A DNA stretch of 64,000 nucleotides from Podarcis bocagei (taxonomy: Eukaryota), in the NCBI GenBank assembly GCA_964188305.1, contig OZ076889.1. One strand, written 5' to 3'. The position numbers and the translations under genes were made by a program. This document shows positions 24,901 through 38,385 of the stretch, in pieces. Under the pieces are notes generated by a model. It was given only the letters and a program-made list of their open reading frames with translations. It did no database searches and was not told where the DNA came from. The first letter of the stretch is position 1. Each line of letters opens with the position of its first letter.

Positions 24901-26184
24901 TTTAGGATCCTCAAAAATGCTTGTAATCCACATTGTATGAACGACAGGTTCCACCTAATGGCGTCCTTTTGGCTGTGTAAAAGATTTGGCTTAATTTGAC
25001 AAATCCACTAATACTATACTCATGCTTAAGGTATTAGCAATGTCTCTTGTTGAAATATGAGCCCCTGTGGTACCTGAGTGGGGCTGAGCTTATCGTATAA
25101 CATTACTTTAAGTGGTTGGCTCCTACATATAATCAGTATGCAGAAATACACAGCAGTACACATGTTCTTTAATTTCAGATCACCTGAACTACAAAGTTCA
25201 TAAATAGCCAGAATAAGAAGTACATTTAAGCACTTAAGTATATAACTTAAATGGAAGGAAACTATGATATCTGTCATCCCATTCACTTTGTCTAGGCCTT
25301 GAGGCAGTCTTGGAGGCTCTGGTTCAACTAGATTCCTACAGACTCAATTAACTTTTAAAGGCTGTGAATGAACCATTCAAACCACTGGGGCTACTCATGT
25401 GCTTAAATTAAATCACCTGCTTAAGTGCTGAGCTGGATCAGAGCCAGAATAAACTGAGAAACTGAAACCAAGGGAACTAGACATATCACTGTTGCATAAA
25501 TAGTATAAAAGTTCTAGAAACAGGACAAAAGCTAGAAGGGGAAAAAAGGAATGACTTGGGCTAAACTGTTGAGATGCCTTGCCCATTTGAAATTCATTAA
25601 CTGAATCAGGGCATTCATCTGCTTCAGTGAAAACCTGAATCATATTAATTACCTTTGTGAACTTTGTTGCTTCAGATACTCATTAAAAGCCCCAAATCCA
25701 TAAATTTATTCAGTCAATTTAATCTCATGGAAATAATTGGCAGTCAATTGACTTAACCCCAACTGTGGGTTGTCTTCATGTATAGATTGTACAAAACTTC
25801 TTCATTGAGTTTATGTGTATGAATGAGAAAGTGAAAGAATTATCTCAACTTATCAGTTTTCATCTGGGATCTTTAAACTTCAGATCCACAAGCTTATTTG
25901 GGACAAGTCGCAGCTCAGTGTCTTGTTGAAGTCCATCCTCAAAAGCAACAACAGCATTGCCCAATTTTGAAACTCCGCCCCCCCTTTCAACTCCTGTCTT
26001 GCAGCACCATGCTGGCCTATTAAAGTATTGGTACACAACTGCATGATAATGTGCATTCAGTGCTGGTTGCAGGCATATTTTTGGGGTGATGTATATATGT
26101 TGTCTCTGTGACACCCCTGTTCCACACTCTTGCTTGTTCTAAAGCACATTCTGCAGGAACAGATTTAATCTGTTGTTATTGTGG

Positions 26185-27100
26185 AATTTCCTCCCCACAG
26201 AGGTGTGTCTGGCATGTTCACTGGGAGTTGATCATGGTGTGGATTTGCCAAGTGTGCCTTCCTCTTAGAACATTTCTCCCTTGCATTCTGAGTTTGAGTG
26301 TCTTCAAAGTCCACAACACCTTTGGTAAAGGCTGTTCTCCAACTGGAGCTCTCGCAGGCCAGTGTTTCTCAGTTGTCGGTGTTTATACTACATTTTTAAA
26401 GATTTGCCTTGAGACAGTCTTTAAACCTCTTTTGTTGACCACCAGCATTACGCTTTCTATTTTTAAGTTCAGAATAGAGTAGTTGCGTTGGAAGACGATA
26501 ATCAGGCATCCACACGACATGACCAGTCCAATGAAGCTGACTTGGAAGAATCATTGCTTCAACACTGGTGATCTTTGCTTCATCCAGTACACTGATATTA
26601 GTTCGCCTGTCTTCCCAAGTGATGTGTAAGATTTTTCGGCGACACCTTTGATGGAATATTTCAAGAAGTTGGAGATGTCATTTGTAATTGGTCCATGTTT
26701 CACAAACATACAGTAAGGTTGGTAGTACAATAGCTTTGTAAACAAGCATTTTGGTTTCCCTGTGAATGTCCCGGTCCTCAAACACTCTGCACTTCAATCG
26801 GGAGAAAGCCGCTCTCGCAGAGCTAAGGTGATGTTGGATTTTGGCATCAGTGTTGACCCTTCTGGAAAGATAACTAGGTAGGAGAAGTGATCGACATTTT
26901 CTAATGTTACACCATTGAGTTGGATTTGTGGCACTGCAGAGGGGTTATTTTGTACTTGTTGGTACAACACTTTGGTTTTTTGGATGTTGAGTGATAGGCC
27001 AAACTTTTCGTAAGCTTCTGTGAAGATATTTAGGATGGTTTGGAGGTCATCCTTTGAGCGTGCACACACTACGTTGTCATCAGCATACTGGAGCTCTATA
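26185..27100 (-). mobile_element. RTE-clade LINE fragment (degenerate reverse transcriptase C-terminal half)
   Basis: Minus ORF 26794-27228 contains LQYADDNVVCARSKDDLQTILNIFTEAYEKFGLSLNIQKTKVLYQ...LENVDHFSYL, an RTE-type RT. Downstream frames are disrupted. Confidence 0.9.
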
Positions 27101-27387
27101 TGGTCCAGAAAACTCTGTTTCAACCACCTGGCCTCTTCTTCATTTGCAGAAGCTGCATGAGATGCAGGAAGAGGAATTGGCAGAATGATAATGGGAGAGA
27201 CTCTTATGTGGAAGGTTTCCAAATACACCAGTGGATAATGCCAATTGAATATTTTGGCTTTTTTGTCCTGGGGGTGGGGTGGGGGAAGAGAAACCTAATA
27301 AAAGGCAGCCGCCATCATATATAACCCCAAAGCATTGCTCCAACTGGCCAATTTAACTTTTTCCAAATGTTAAGGGACAAAAAACAA

Positions 27388-27550
27388 CCTATAGCTCAAT
27401 GGTAGAGCGGTTGCTTTGTGTGCAGAAGGTTGGTCACTCCCCAGAATCTCCAAGTAGGGCTGGGAAAGTCTCCTGACTGAAACCCTACAGAGCCATTACC
27501 AGTCACTGTAAACAACACTGAGGTAGATGAACCAAGTTTTAGTATATGGT
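27388..27550 (+). mobile_element. Degenerate tRNA-derived SINE
   Basis: TAGCTCAATGGTAGAGC...GCTTTG.GTGCAGAAGG head (A box), decayed B box, squamate SINE body CTCCAAGTAGGGCTGGGAAAG...CTGAAACCCT. Confidence 0.65.
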
Positions 27551-27884
27551 GGCATAGGGTAGACTGCATCTACCAGTGAAGGGCTGAGGTGTGATTCTTT
27601 AAACAACACTAAATAATTTCAGCAGGAAGAAGGTAGCAACAATCCATGGACTTAACTCATTTGAGGATCAGGCCATAAAACTCAAACTATGACATAAAAA
27701 AATAATAATGTCCCTATGTTTCATACTACTTTATGGAAATAATATGAAATAAATGAACATCTGATGGGTTAAGGCTGCCCTGTGAGTTACAGTTGTTAGA
27801 TTAAGCCCATCACCTGCTAGTCAGAGTAACTAGAGGGAAGTCAGTTATGTCAGTGATCTGAGAAACAAGAAGGATTTGCCCCAG

Positions 27885-27998
27885 CTTTGGCCAACCTGGA
27901 GCCCTCCAGATGTTTTAGACTACAACTCCCACCAGTGCTGACCGGCACTGATAGGAATTGTAGTCCCAAACTTCTGGAGGGCACCAGTTGGCCAAGGT
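27885..27998. mobile_element. hAT-type palindromic MITE (GACTACAACTCCC family)
   Basis: TTGGCCAACCTGGAGCCCTCCAGATGTTTTAGACTACAACTCC ... GGAATTGTAGTCCCAAACTTCTGGAGGGCACCAGTTGGCCAAG. Confidence 0.75.
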
Positions 27999-29586
27999 CT
28001 CTGCACAATAATCAAGAACAGCTCTGAAGAAACTGTTCATCTCCATCAGACCAATAATGCACATTCCAGAAAAAAAATAACTCTGTAAATGTATATCTCT
28101 GTGATAGATAGTAATTGCTCCAGCAGAGCCATTACAGCCTATTAGGTCAATATTCTGCATTGCTAAAGTGCTTTAATTAATACACATTTACATAAGATAT
28201 CAGGAGTTTCTCTCTGAGCCATGACGCAGTCGGGTGGTGAGGGTGGGGGATGTGGAGCGCAGCACCTAGGCTTGCATTGCAATACACAGCACGTCTTAAT
28301 GCTCAGTTATTTGTTTTAATTTATTAAAAGTGCCTGTCAGAGACTCAAGGCACCAATTACGTTCCTAACAGCATGACTATCTCCATATTCATCAACCGGT
28401 GTGTTCTCATGCTTCAGGAAATGAAGGGAATTATATGTTTATGGACTGTACGAGAGAGGATGATGTTCTTAAAGCTCTGCCAACTTGGCCTCCATTCACC
28501 AATTGCTTTCTCACTTTCTGGTGTTCTTTTGGAGTCGTTAAAAAACTGTGTAGCTGTGAACTATATGGATGCCACTCCATTTATCTATAGGGATGTGAAG
28601 CTCCCCAGTTTCTCTATAGGACACTTGAGAGTGAAGGGGGGGGGTTCTTGTTTCTCTCCCCACAAAAAGTTGTGCTTCACAAGCTGAGTTCAGATGCATG
28701 AATGGATGAAATAACAGCTGGTTGTGTTGCTTCCCAGCAGCCCCATAAGCTGCCTGTGACTACGAATATGCCTGCTCAGACATCCATCCATCCGTCCTTC
28801 CCAGAGCTGTGTCTGAACCAACCCTGTAATGCCATGGAGAGCCAAACACGAAGTTCTATGCAATTTACAGAACTGTTGCAACCACCAGTTCTCAAAAGCA
28901 AAACCTGACAGAGGAAGTTGTGTTGTTTGAGACTGTCCATTGGCTGGTAGTGATCTCACAGTCAGGGAGAGGAGTGAGAAAATAAAGTGTCAGGAGAGTG
29001 ATTTGTCAGTGAAAATCTCCCAGTATGTTACCCTGTGAAGAAGGAAGAGCTGATTTGGGCTTTGGGTCGGTTTAGTAAATCTAAAAATGTGTAACTCCAC
29101 TTGTCTTTTATACTGAATCATTTTAAATAAAGGCTTACTTCAGCGGTTATATTTTAGAGAAGAAGAGGTGTTTATCAGAAAATCCTATCTCTGGAAACAG
29201 ACGGCTTGCCTTGGCTCTCTGCAGGATCGTGATTATGACAGAGTTATAAATCATCTGAAGAAACTTTTGCAATACAAATGGAGGTTTGGGATGCATGTGA
29301 CAAGCTTCTTCAGCCAGCATATCTCATGCACATGTGGAAAATAAACAACTACAAGAGACTTAACGAGCAAGAAAGACGAGAGAAGGTTTGAAGCCTTAGC
29401 TCTTGAAGGTCGTGAGAATTTTATTTCAGCAATGTACTTCACCTCAAAGGCCTTATTTCACAGTGGAGTCACCATTATCTTTAGCACCTCTCCCCCCCCC
29501 CCCTCACACACAGAGCACTTATATCCCACACAGCATAATAAAACTTGTCAAAATCAACACTTCACCCCTGTCATAATACCTCTCAT

Positions 29587-29733
29587 CAGTGCTTTTTTCC
29601 TAAAAAATTGTTTAGGGGCACTCTCATTTTCCTACTCATACTGAAATACTGCCCTGCAATGAGGCCAAACTTAGATTCACAAAATGTTTAGGGGTATGCG
29701 TACCCCTGCGTACCCCCAAGAAAAAAAGCACTG
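29587..29733. mobile_element. hAT-type MITE, 147 bp, perfect 8-bp TSD
   Basis: TIRs CAGTGCTTTTTT and AAAAAAGCACTG; TSD CCTCTCAT at 29579-29586 and 29734-29741. Confidence 0.9.
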
Positions 29734-31789
29734 CCTCTCATTTTTGAAAGTAAAACATCTGCAAGGAAGTACAATTGCAAGGGCCTGGTGGCACAAACAC
29801 TTTCACCAGTGGAATGGACCCCAAATCAAAGGTGAAGTGGGCTCACTCATAGCTGTGGGACAGGAAGCCTTGAGACTTGGCTGCATCACGTAGATAAGAC
29901 ATATAGGCTTGGGTGGAAGGTGACTTGATCCTGCCTCCCTTGACAACCTGAATGGTGCAAAGTTCTAAACAGGAACTGGCCTGCCTTGCTGGGGGCCTTT
30001 GTGTACACCTCTGTCCCTATCTCTGATGTAACTCTTCAGGAGAATTTCTCTTTTGCCTCAGGCAGCAAAAGTGTCTCTGACTAACCCCGTCCCATGACTC
30101 TTTTGGCTGCTAGGAGCAGGAGTGTATTTTAGGTGTCCTCTATGCAAAAAGAAGCAAGCCGTGGAGCAGGAGCTCATTGTATATGACAAAAGGGTACAAG
30201 GCTTTAGCAGCAGATAGTGTGAGGCCTGATTTGGGGTGTTATAAAAGACCAGCAAATGGGTAATTATTTGTTTTATGATTGCTTAATTCTCCAGCTAGGG
30301 GGATTTGCTTGTGAGATTTTCTCCCCCGGGCACCTCAATAACTTGACTGGCCTTTTGTGGGGAGAGTACTATTTGTTACTCTGCCTCAGATGTTTTGGGG
30401 CAGCCCTCGCTTATAGCCTGCCTAGAAGCCTCCTCCTCAGATCTCCCTTTAACACTTCAGCCTTTCTCCGTAACAATCATAATAATAGTGAACATCTGAA
30501 CATTCATTTCCATCTCGCTGCCCCATTTTCCTGCTCCTATGTGAGTGTGGGAGCCTTTATGAAGCGATTACTTAGCTTTGTACACAATTAAACATATTGA
30601 CCCCACACATTTTCACTGATCTTTTATGAGCCTGTGCTGAATCAAACACATCATTTCCCCATAAAATCGCAACATTTTGTGTGTTTTTCTTCTTCTGAAG
30701 ACCCTGTGGTTTGCATGTTAATTTGGGTATGCCCAAGGAGAAGGGGAGACGGATCAATGGGCTTAAATTATTAAAATTATAAGCATCTGTTAATGATTCA
30801 GTCAGGTGTTGTAAAACTTACAGTACATCAATTTGCTTACTATATTAATTTTAGTCATGCACCTTGACAAGAGAAGGAAAGGTGTGACACACATCTCTCT
30901 TCTCCTTTACTCACAGTGAATGGAAGTGATTCAGAAATACATAGCCTCCCCCCACACCATCCCGCTTTTTTAAGATTTATACTGAGTGGTGAGCAACTTA
31001 GAATGCAGGTGAATGGCAGGTCTGCATTACAAATGCCTGAGGTAACTATAAAAATATAAATGGTATAAGGTTATTGATTTTTTTCCTTGAGGCCACAAAT
31101 TAGAAATGGCATGCTGAAGGGGGAGCGGAATCACTGGTCTATTCACCAAATTTTAATTAAAACATAAATAAATCATTGTAGTCTCAGCACTTGCATATAA
31201 ACAATGGGAAAAGATGGCATGCTTACAACAACGTGTCAGTGTTTTGTGACTAACGAGTCAGTGCAAAAATACAACATAAATGGGAACCAGACTCCCAAAC
31301 TAAATAATATCATATGCAAAACATTTCAGCCTATTACAGCAGAAGCCACTGAAACCACACATTGGGTTTTGGAAGAAGTTGGGAAGAGAGAGGATGATTT
31401 TGCAAAGTACAGCAGTACTTTAAAAAAAGTTAAACGCTCTTCTGACAAAAATATTGTGTGTGTGTTGTATATCTTCCATGGAGTAATGGGCCGCTATGTC
31501 CTTATAGCAAACAATAACCATATGCTGTGTTGGGTACAAAGTGTTTGTTGCTTCATCAGTGCTTAAGAAGCTTGGGAAAGGAAGAGTTTTTGTTGTCATA
31601 AGCACTCTGTAAAGGCTTTTAATCAAAGCTCAAGGGAACAAAATATTTAATATGGAAAAACAACAATAACAACAACAACAAGGAGGTTGCATTACAGTAT
31701 CCTCAAAGGGCTCCCTTGCACTTTGGGAGCAGGAAAGGCTGCCCTGTGACTTCCACTGGGATCTAAGAAGATGCGGAAAGAACAGTAAT

Positions 31790-32150
31790 ATACATTCCCA
31801 CTTAAGAAAGGGAGATGTTGAAGAAGATAAAGGTAGCAGCATAGAGCTGGAGAAGGAGCAGAAAAGAGATGTACTAAGCTGATCTGAGGGCTGGAACCAG
31901 ATTGGTGAAGGCTGCTTGAAGGCATCTTGAACATTACCATGACTAAGATGGAGCTATGGAGAGATCCAAGAAAATCAAAAGCTGTGAAGGGTTCCAGAAG
32001 AATCAAGAGGTTCACACTTGCCCTGTCCATCTCTCAGTGTAGATCGTTTGAGTGACCAAAGCAGTTTTAGTCTCAAAGTGGATCAGAAGCCAGACTGGTA
32101 AGAATCCAGATAACATGTTGCTAAAACACTACCATGCAGTCCAACACTTT
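31790..32150 (-). mobile_element. Old L2 LINE RT fragment
   Basis: Minus ORF 'MDRASVNLLILLEPFTAFD' resembles the L2 RT motif LLILLDLSAAFDT. Confidence 0.6.
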
Positions 32151-32153
32151 GCT

Positions 32154-32324
32154 NNNNNNNNNNNNNNNNNNNNNNNNNNNNNNNNNNNNNNNNNNNNNNN
32201 NNNNNNNNNNNNNNNNNNNNNNNNNNNNNNNNNNNNNNNNNNNNNNNNNNNNNNNNNNNNNNNNNNNNNNNNNNNNNNNNNNNNNNNNNNNNNNNNNNNN
32301 NNNNNNNNNNNNNNNNNNNNNNNN
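32154..32324. other. N block (171 nt)
   Basis: Run of N seen directly. Confidence 0.99.
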
Positions 32325-32905
32325 AGCTATCCATAGCCATCAGCTCTGACCTTGTCTTCTTGACCCATCAATGTGCTTTCTAATTCTCTGGACAGGATAT
32401 TTTGCAAAGTTAAGGGGAAAGAGTGCAATAGAGTGCCAGCTGGCAGAGATCATTTACTGAGCCATTTTTGTACTCCTCCTAACTTCTTTAGTGCAGAAAA
32501 AGGGCCTGTGCTTACTCAAAGGCTACACACTAAGGTGAGACTGGCAGTTTTATGCTTTGTTTCTTTCATGCAAGGTTGTCTCAGCTGTTAAGTTATATCA
32601 AATGTATGGGAGGAAGGTCACAGGCCTGAGTGCCAAAGATTTATCAACAGGCCCCACTAAGCCCCATATCCCGGTTCAAATTCTTTTTAAAAATTCAAAA
32701 AGCCTTCTGTTTCCCAGTTGGAACGCTCCTCTAGAAGTGCCTCTAAAATTAAGCTTTAAAATAGAAATTTAAAATCCAGTAGAGTATCCCATCCAATTTG
32801 GGCACGACCATGACTGCCTCTTTGTGTTCTTCACAGCTGGTTTATTATTATCGTGATAGGGGTCGGTTTCCACATATAAATTCATAATGTAAGATCAATG
32901 CTGCT

Positions 32906-33271
32906 GGTCCCCTGGACGGTTGAGTCCAGTCAAAAGCGACTATGGGGTTGGGGCTCTCATCTCGCTTTCAGGCTGAGGGATCCGGCTTTTGTCCACAGAC
33001 AGTTTTCCGGGTCATGTGGCCAGCATGACTAAACCACTACTGGCGCACGGAGGACCATGACAAGTGCCAGAGCACATGGGAGTGCCGTTTACCTTCCCGC
33101 CGGAGCGGTACCTATTTATCTACTTGCACTGGTGTGCTTTCGAACTGCTAGGTGGGCAGGAGCTGGGACAGAGCAACGGGAGCTCACTCCGTCACGGGGA
33201 TTCGAAACACCGTCCTTCCGATTGTCAAGCCCAAGAGGCTCAGTGGTTTAGACCACAGCACCACACGCGTA
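32906..33271 (-). mobile_element. Sauria SINE (near full length)
   Basis: Reverse complement of the 16567 copy: GCGGTACCTATTTATCTACTTGCAC, GGGGATTCGAA, CAGTGGTTTAGACCACAGCACCAC. Confidence 0.92.
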
Positions 33272-35139
33272 CTTCTGTGAATATATTCTACAACTTCATT
33301 CATTCAAATGCCTTAGGTACATTCAAAGCATTTGGGCAATCAGAAATTTAACTTGTCTTGCTAATATTATGTAGGACTGGTATTAGTTGCAGAAAGGACA
33401 TCCAGTAATTATGCTTATTTTTTTTCTTTTAATATTTTGATTAATTTAAGATACATTGAGCGTTCTTACAGGCCTTTTAACCTGGCAAATTATGGACTGT
33501 CCAGCCATTCAGCAGAATAAAACAAATAGGCCAGTGGAGGGTCCTATTGCTATCACAGCATAATCATGTGTATAAATATGGAGGGAACTGTGCTTATATG
33601 GCAACATTGCATTGGAATGACATGTGGTTAATGGCAATGTAGGTTACATTGTATCGACAGAGGACATATTGATTAACTCAATCTATCTAAGTGGCAAGTA
33701 CATCATCAGCGATTTGTCATTAATGTGGTATTTACAGTTATCCCTAGGGATTTACTTTATGAGAAATAGCATGTGGCAACAAAAGTAGAAATAAATTATG
33801 ACCACAAAACATCTTCCTCTTCTGACTATAACACATATGCTAATTATTGTGGTCATATATAGATATATAGATATAGACCGAACAAAAGTGGCAATAGGTT
33901 TGGAACACAGACATGCTCCTAAGTTGCTCCCATTATAATGTAATATGTGGAAGTGTTACTGTCTGTCTCATATTATGGCATGTTTAAAGCAGACTATTTC
34001 TGGACCCATGGGGCAATGCTCAAATTATGATGGAAATCCACAAGCACAAACCAACCTCTCCAATTTCTGCAAAAACTCCCAAAGTATTTTAAAAACAGCA
34101 CTTTGGGGGCTGTCATGAAAAGGTGAGGAGACCAGCCCTGCTCCCTTTAGCTCAAGCATGGGAGTAGCTTTGTGTTCCAGGCCTTCTTCACACACATTTC
34201 AAGATAATTCTAGACATGAGAATTACCTGGAGAACCTCCGCTGAAGGTTTGGAAAACTAAACTAAAAAAGATGCATTCTTTTAAAATTAACTTAAATATT
34301 CCATCTCTGAGGAAGACGAGAAATTTAAAAAAAACACATATATAATGTTGAAAATTATCTACAATGCAAAGAGCACATTTGTATATCTCCACTAATAAGG
34401 AATTAGTGCAAAGACACTTTAGAAAACTGCTCAGCTTTGGGCTCCCATAAGTTGCCAGCAGGGCAAAGTGCCACTGTTGGGAAGGAAAGCACAAAGACTG
34501 CTTTGCGACATGCCTGTGGACACTTTTGCTTGGTCTTTTATGTGCTCCTGCTTGGCAGCAGCCCCATGTAAAACCAAATAAGGAGGAACTACTTTCAGGC
34601 TTGCTAACAATTCTTCCAAAGGGGAGGTCTTTTTCCCCTGCACTCTTCTGTCCCTTAGGAGGTTTTCAATAAATAAAGCATCCTCTGGCATTTGAAGAGT
34701 TAATTTGCTGCCATCTAGCGGCCCTCTAGTAATTTTGCAAGCTGTCCTTCGAAGTGCCCTGGAGACAGAGAAGGATCTGTAAAAGGTGTGATATGCTTTG
34801 GCATCACCTGTGCTGATACTATGGGCAGGAGGAGGAGGAGCACGCTGTCCCTGCAAAATTATTTGCCCAAGGATTCATGATCACTTTGTTGCTTGTTGGA
34901 AGCAGGTTTCTCAAGCACCTTTCAAGGAAAACCCGGCCTTGTTTCATTTGGAGGGAAAGAAAAAACACCCCACAATTTGCTTATAGTTTTCCTGTGCAAA
35001 GATAAATAAAACAGACAGTATGGGATGGCATGCAAGGTCAGTCCAGCCTTGCAAGATAGTAAAGTGATCTGCTTCAGAGGGCACCATGTTGACGAAGGAA
35101 AGAATTGATTCTGAATGGTGCGGAAAGTCTTTTCTTAGC

Positions 35140-35258
35140 ATGAACCTCTTAGTCTCAGGGTCGTAGGTTAGAGACCCCTGTGGGGCAAAAAGACCCCTGC
35201 ATTGCAGGGGGTTGGACTAGATGGCCCTCAGGGTCCCTTCCAACTCTACGATTCTATG
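35140..35258 (+). mobile_element. Short tRNA-derived SINE with a CR1 3' tail (POM-SINE-like)
   Basis: CTCTTAGTCTCAGGGTCGTAGGTT (tRNA-Lys-like) joined to GGGTTGGACTAGATG...GGTCCCTTCCAACTCTACGATTCTATGA (CR1 tail). Confidence 0.75.
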
Positions 35259-37664
35259 AAAAGTGTTAGCACTAGCAAGGGGGCTGGGGGACATTTGGTT
35301 TCTGTTCTGAAGAGCGAAATGTATTGGACTTTGCGGCAGAGGCAACACTCAAGTATATTTCATATACTTAGGAAGACTAATTGAAGTATACATCCAACTG
35401 ATGCACACCTGTGTTAACTATCCTGCATACACACCATACGTTTAAAGCACATTATTTTCCTTCAACGAATCCTGGGAACTGCGGCTTACCCATTACAGAG
35501 CTACAGTGTCCATTACTCTTAACAAACTACAGTTCCCATGGTTTTTCAGGGGGAATTATGTGTTTGGGTGAAAATTAAAATTATTTGTCTTTTTTTTTTT
35601 AATTAAACTGACTGCATTGTGTTGTTTTACAGTTGGATTTCCTTTTAAAGTCTCCATTTTCTCAGTGCCAGTTGTCAAAACTTGTTTATCCAGCTTCATG
35701 TAATGCCTTTCAATATGACCACTCGGTAATCATAAATCTCTGCAACTAGCTTGTTCAGTTACCTGAATTTTTGTTACCAAAACATTCTAAACAGCCTCAC
35801 ATGGCACTTACAAGTTGTATTGCATCTGTGCCTTGTTTTTTTTTAAAGATATCTGGTTTCATGCAAATATTGCAGCTTTCTTTCCCTGCAGTGCAGGGGA
35901 AAGCTATCTGTGGGGAGTGAATTGTGTACTGCGGCAAAAGGCCTCTCTTTTATATATATATAATTTGAATTGATTTTCAGTTAATAACTTTTAACCTCCT
36001 GAACCAAAGAGTCTGTTGCATGGTACATGCATCAAAGCCTGGATGATAGGCTGGAAACTGCTTTCCTATGTGTCTTCACATCCAGCTGCACAATCCTGGT
36101 ACCTGCTGAAGATCTAAGTGAAGATTTGAGATGCTAATAGCTGCTTCTTTTTCTCCAAATGGACTAGTTAAAATCCTACAACATTTAAACAATTTAGGCA
36201 AATAATGTAGCTGTTCAAAACAAATCCCTAGTTTGAGCAAGCCAGTAAGCCACAGGAAGAGAGAAAAGCCATCCTGTATTCTAATTTCAGTTTGATTCTC
36301 TGAATGCTATTGCTTAGGAAGACAAAAATAGCCCAGTGAGAACTGAGCATGCTCTGTGGGCATGGAATCCTGACCAGCTATTAGGAGAGGGTGTAGAGAA
36401 ATTGGGGGTGGGGGGAGAGAAAGGAATGGAGTGGAGTGGCTGGAACAATGAACAGAAGTACTTCACGTTATATATATTCCACCAACTCATTCAAATTATC
36501 AAGGTGGGGTGCAATATTTACAACACAAAACTCTTGCTCATATATTAATAATATCTGCTAGCTTTTAAGGTGCTACCAGACTTTTTTTCTTTGCTGAAAA
36601 AAACTAACATAGCAGCTACCTGCTGGTGGTAATCACATCTTTGAAAGATTGCACCCAAACAACACCATCCATGAACAAGAGGGAGTTAGCGACAGACTTG
36701 GGGTAAATGAGATTGCAGAAGTACAAAAAAAACTTTAGGAAAACGCTTCTAAGACAGAGCTGGGAAATATTTCCGTCCTGGCAGGCCAGATCTTTATTTC
36801 TCCCCCACCCCTGCTTGTGGGCCAACGTTAACAGGTCGGCAGGGCTATTGATCTGTCCACCACCTAACATCCTGATACTGTCTGCAGTTGACTGATAGGT
36901 AGGCAATCCCACCCGTCAGAGTTGTCCTTTGGAGTTGGGGTTATGGGTCTGTTTCACCAGTGCATTCCCTACTGGGAACATTTTAGCAAAGGAGATCCTA
37001 GCAGATGAGTGGAAGGTTCAATCTTGTTGGCTACGAGGGTCTGCTTCACCCAAGCATTCTCCACAGGGAATGAGCTAGTGAATCAGTACCCAATGAAATT
37101 GAGCCCCATCTCCTTTCCCATCAACTGGGTGATGCCAGCTGATGGACAAATGGGCATGGTTTGGGGTAAATGGCTTCACAGGCCAGCTAGAAAAAGAATC
37201 TCCATAACAAAGAAAGGACAATCAAGGTAATATTCTGCTGTCCTACTGCTTTGACTGATTTACAATCAAGAATCACAATTGATCTTGAGCATCAATTGGG
37301 GAATATTGCACTAGGCAATTTAAATGACTGCCTGGGACAGTACATTGAAGGGAGAAGGTGGCATATTTTGAGCAGTGGCAATGTTAGATAGTAGTAATGG
37401 TCCATCACTAGCATTCCTGTGTTGTGTTTTTGCTTATGTTTCTCTCAAGGACTGCAGGATGTAAGAGGAGGCAAGCAAATGCAGTGCAATAGATTTTAAT
37501 AAGTGAGGACTTTTAAGAATTGGATTGCAGTTTTATGAAAAATGTGCTCAACAAACATCATCCTAACCAGAAATGCTTGTGTCAAATAGGACTATGTGAC
37601 CATGAAATTACATGAAGCAGTAGCTGCAGGTAGCAGATTTCAGAAGGGCAGCATTTTCTTATCT

Positions 37665-38385
37665 CCAAAGTCTAATTGGGAGCAGTGACCATGGTGCTAT
37701 TAAATTAAACGTACATGTAAATGGCCATTTGCCAAGAAAATCCAACATGGTCACATTTGATTTCAAAAGGAGAAATTTCCCCCGAATGAGGGGATTGGTA
37801 AAAAGGAAGTTGAAAGGCAAAGTCAAGAGGGTCAAATCATTCCAAAATGCCTGGGAGTTGTTTAAAAACACAATAGTGGAAGCTCATCTGGAGTGGATAC
37901 CGAAGATGAGGAAAGGTACCATGAGGGCCTAGAGCATGCCAAAGTGGTTGATGAACAGAGTCAAAAGAAAGCTTCCTTCAAAAAAATATGGAAGTCTTGT
38001 TCAAATAAGAGAACACAATGAGCATAAGGAGATTGCAGAGAAGCTGGACAAATTATTTTGATTTCTGGACATCCAATGAAACTGAATATTGGAATATTCA
38101 GGGCACATTAAAGAAAATACAAGGCAGTTCATGATTAAACCATGGAACTTGCTCCTACTGGAGCCAGTGATAGCCACCAACTTAGACGGCTTTACAAGAG
38201 GATTTGATAATTTCAAGGTGAATAAGGCTACTAACCACGATGGCTGTGCTCTGCTTCCATGGTTGGAGGTGGTAATACCTCTGAATACTAGATTCTGGAA
38301 ACCTCAGGAAGCCCTGGTTGTAGGGTTCCCAGAAGAGGATGCTAGGTTAGATGGCACCACTGGCCCAATCCAGAAGGCTGCTCTT
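37665..38385 (+). mobile_element. CR1 LINE, internally deleted fragments (ORF2 region after the endonuclease plus 3' end)
   Basis: GGGAGCAGTGACCAT ('GSSDH'), ORF 'TFDFKRRNFPRMRGLV...AWELFKNTIVEAHLEWIPK', and the 3' piece GTGATAGCCACCAACTTAGACGGCTTTACAAGAGGATT. Confidence 0.85.

Noticed and set aside
27388-27460. tRNA-like sequence (also the heads at 16567, 35140 and 39950-40010)
   Set aside because: No intact cloverleaf and each continues into a SINE body. Not tRNA genes.
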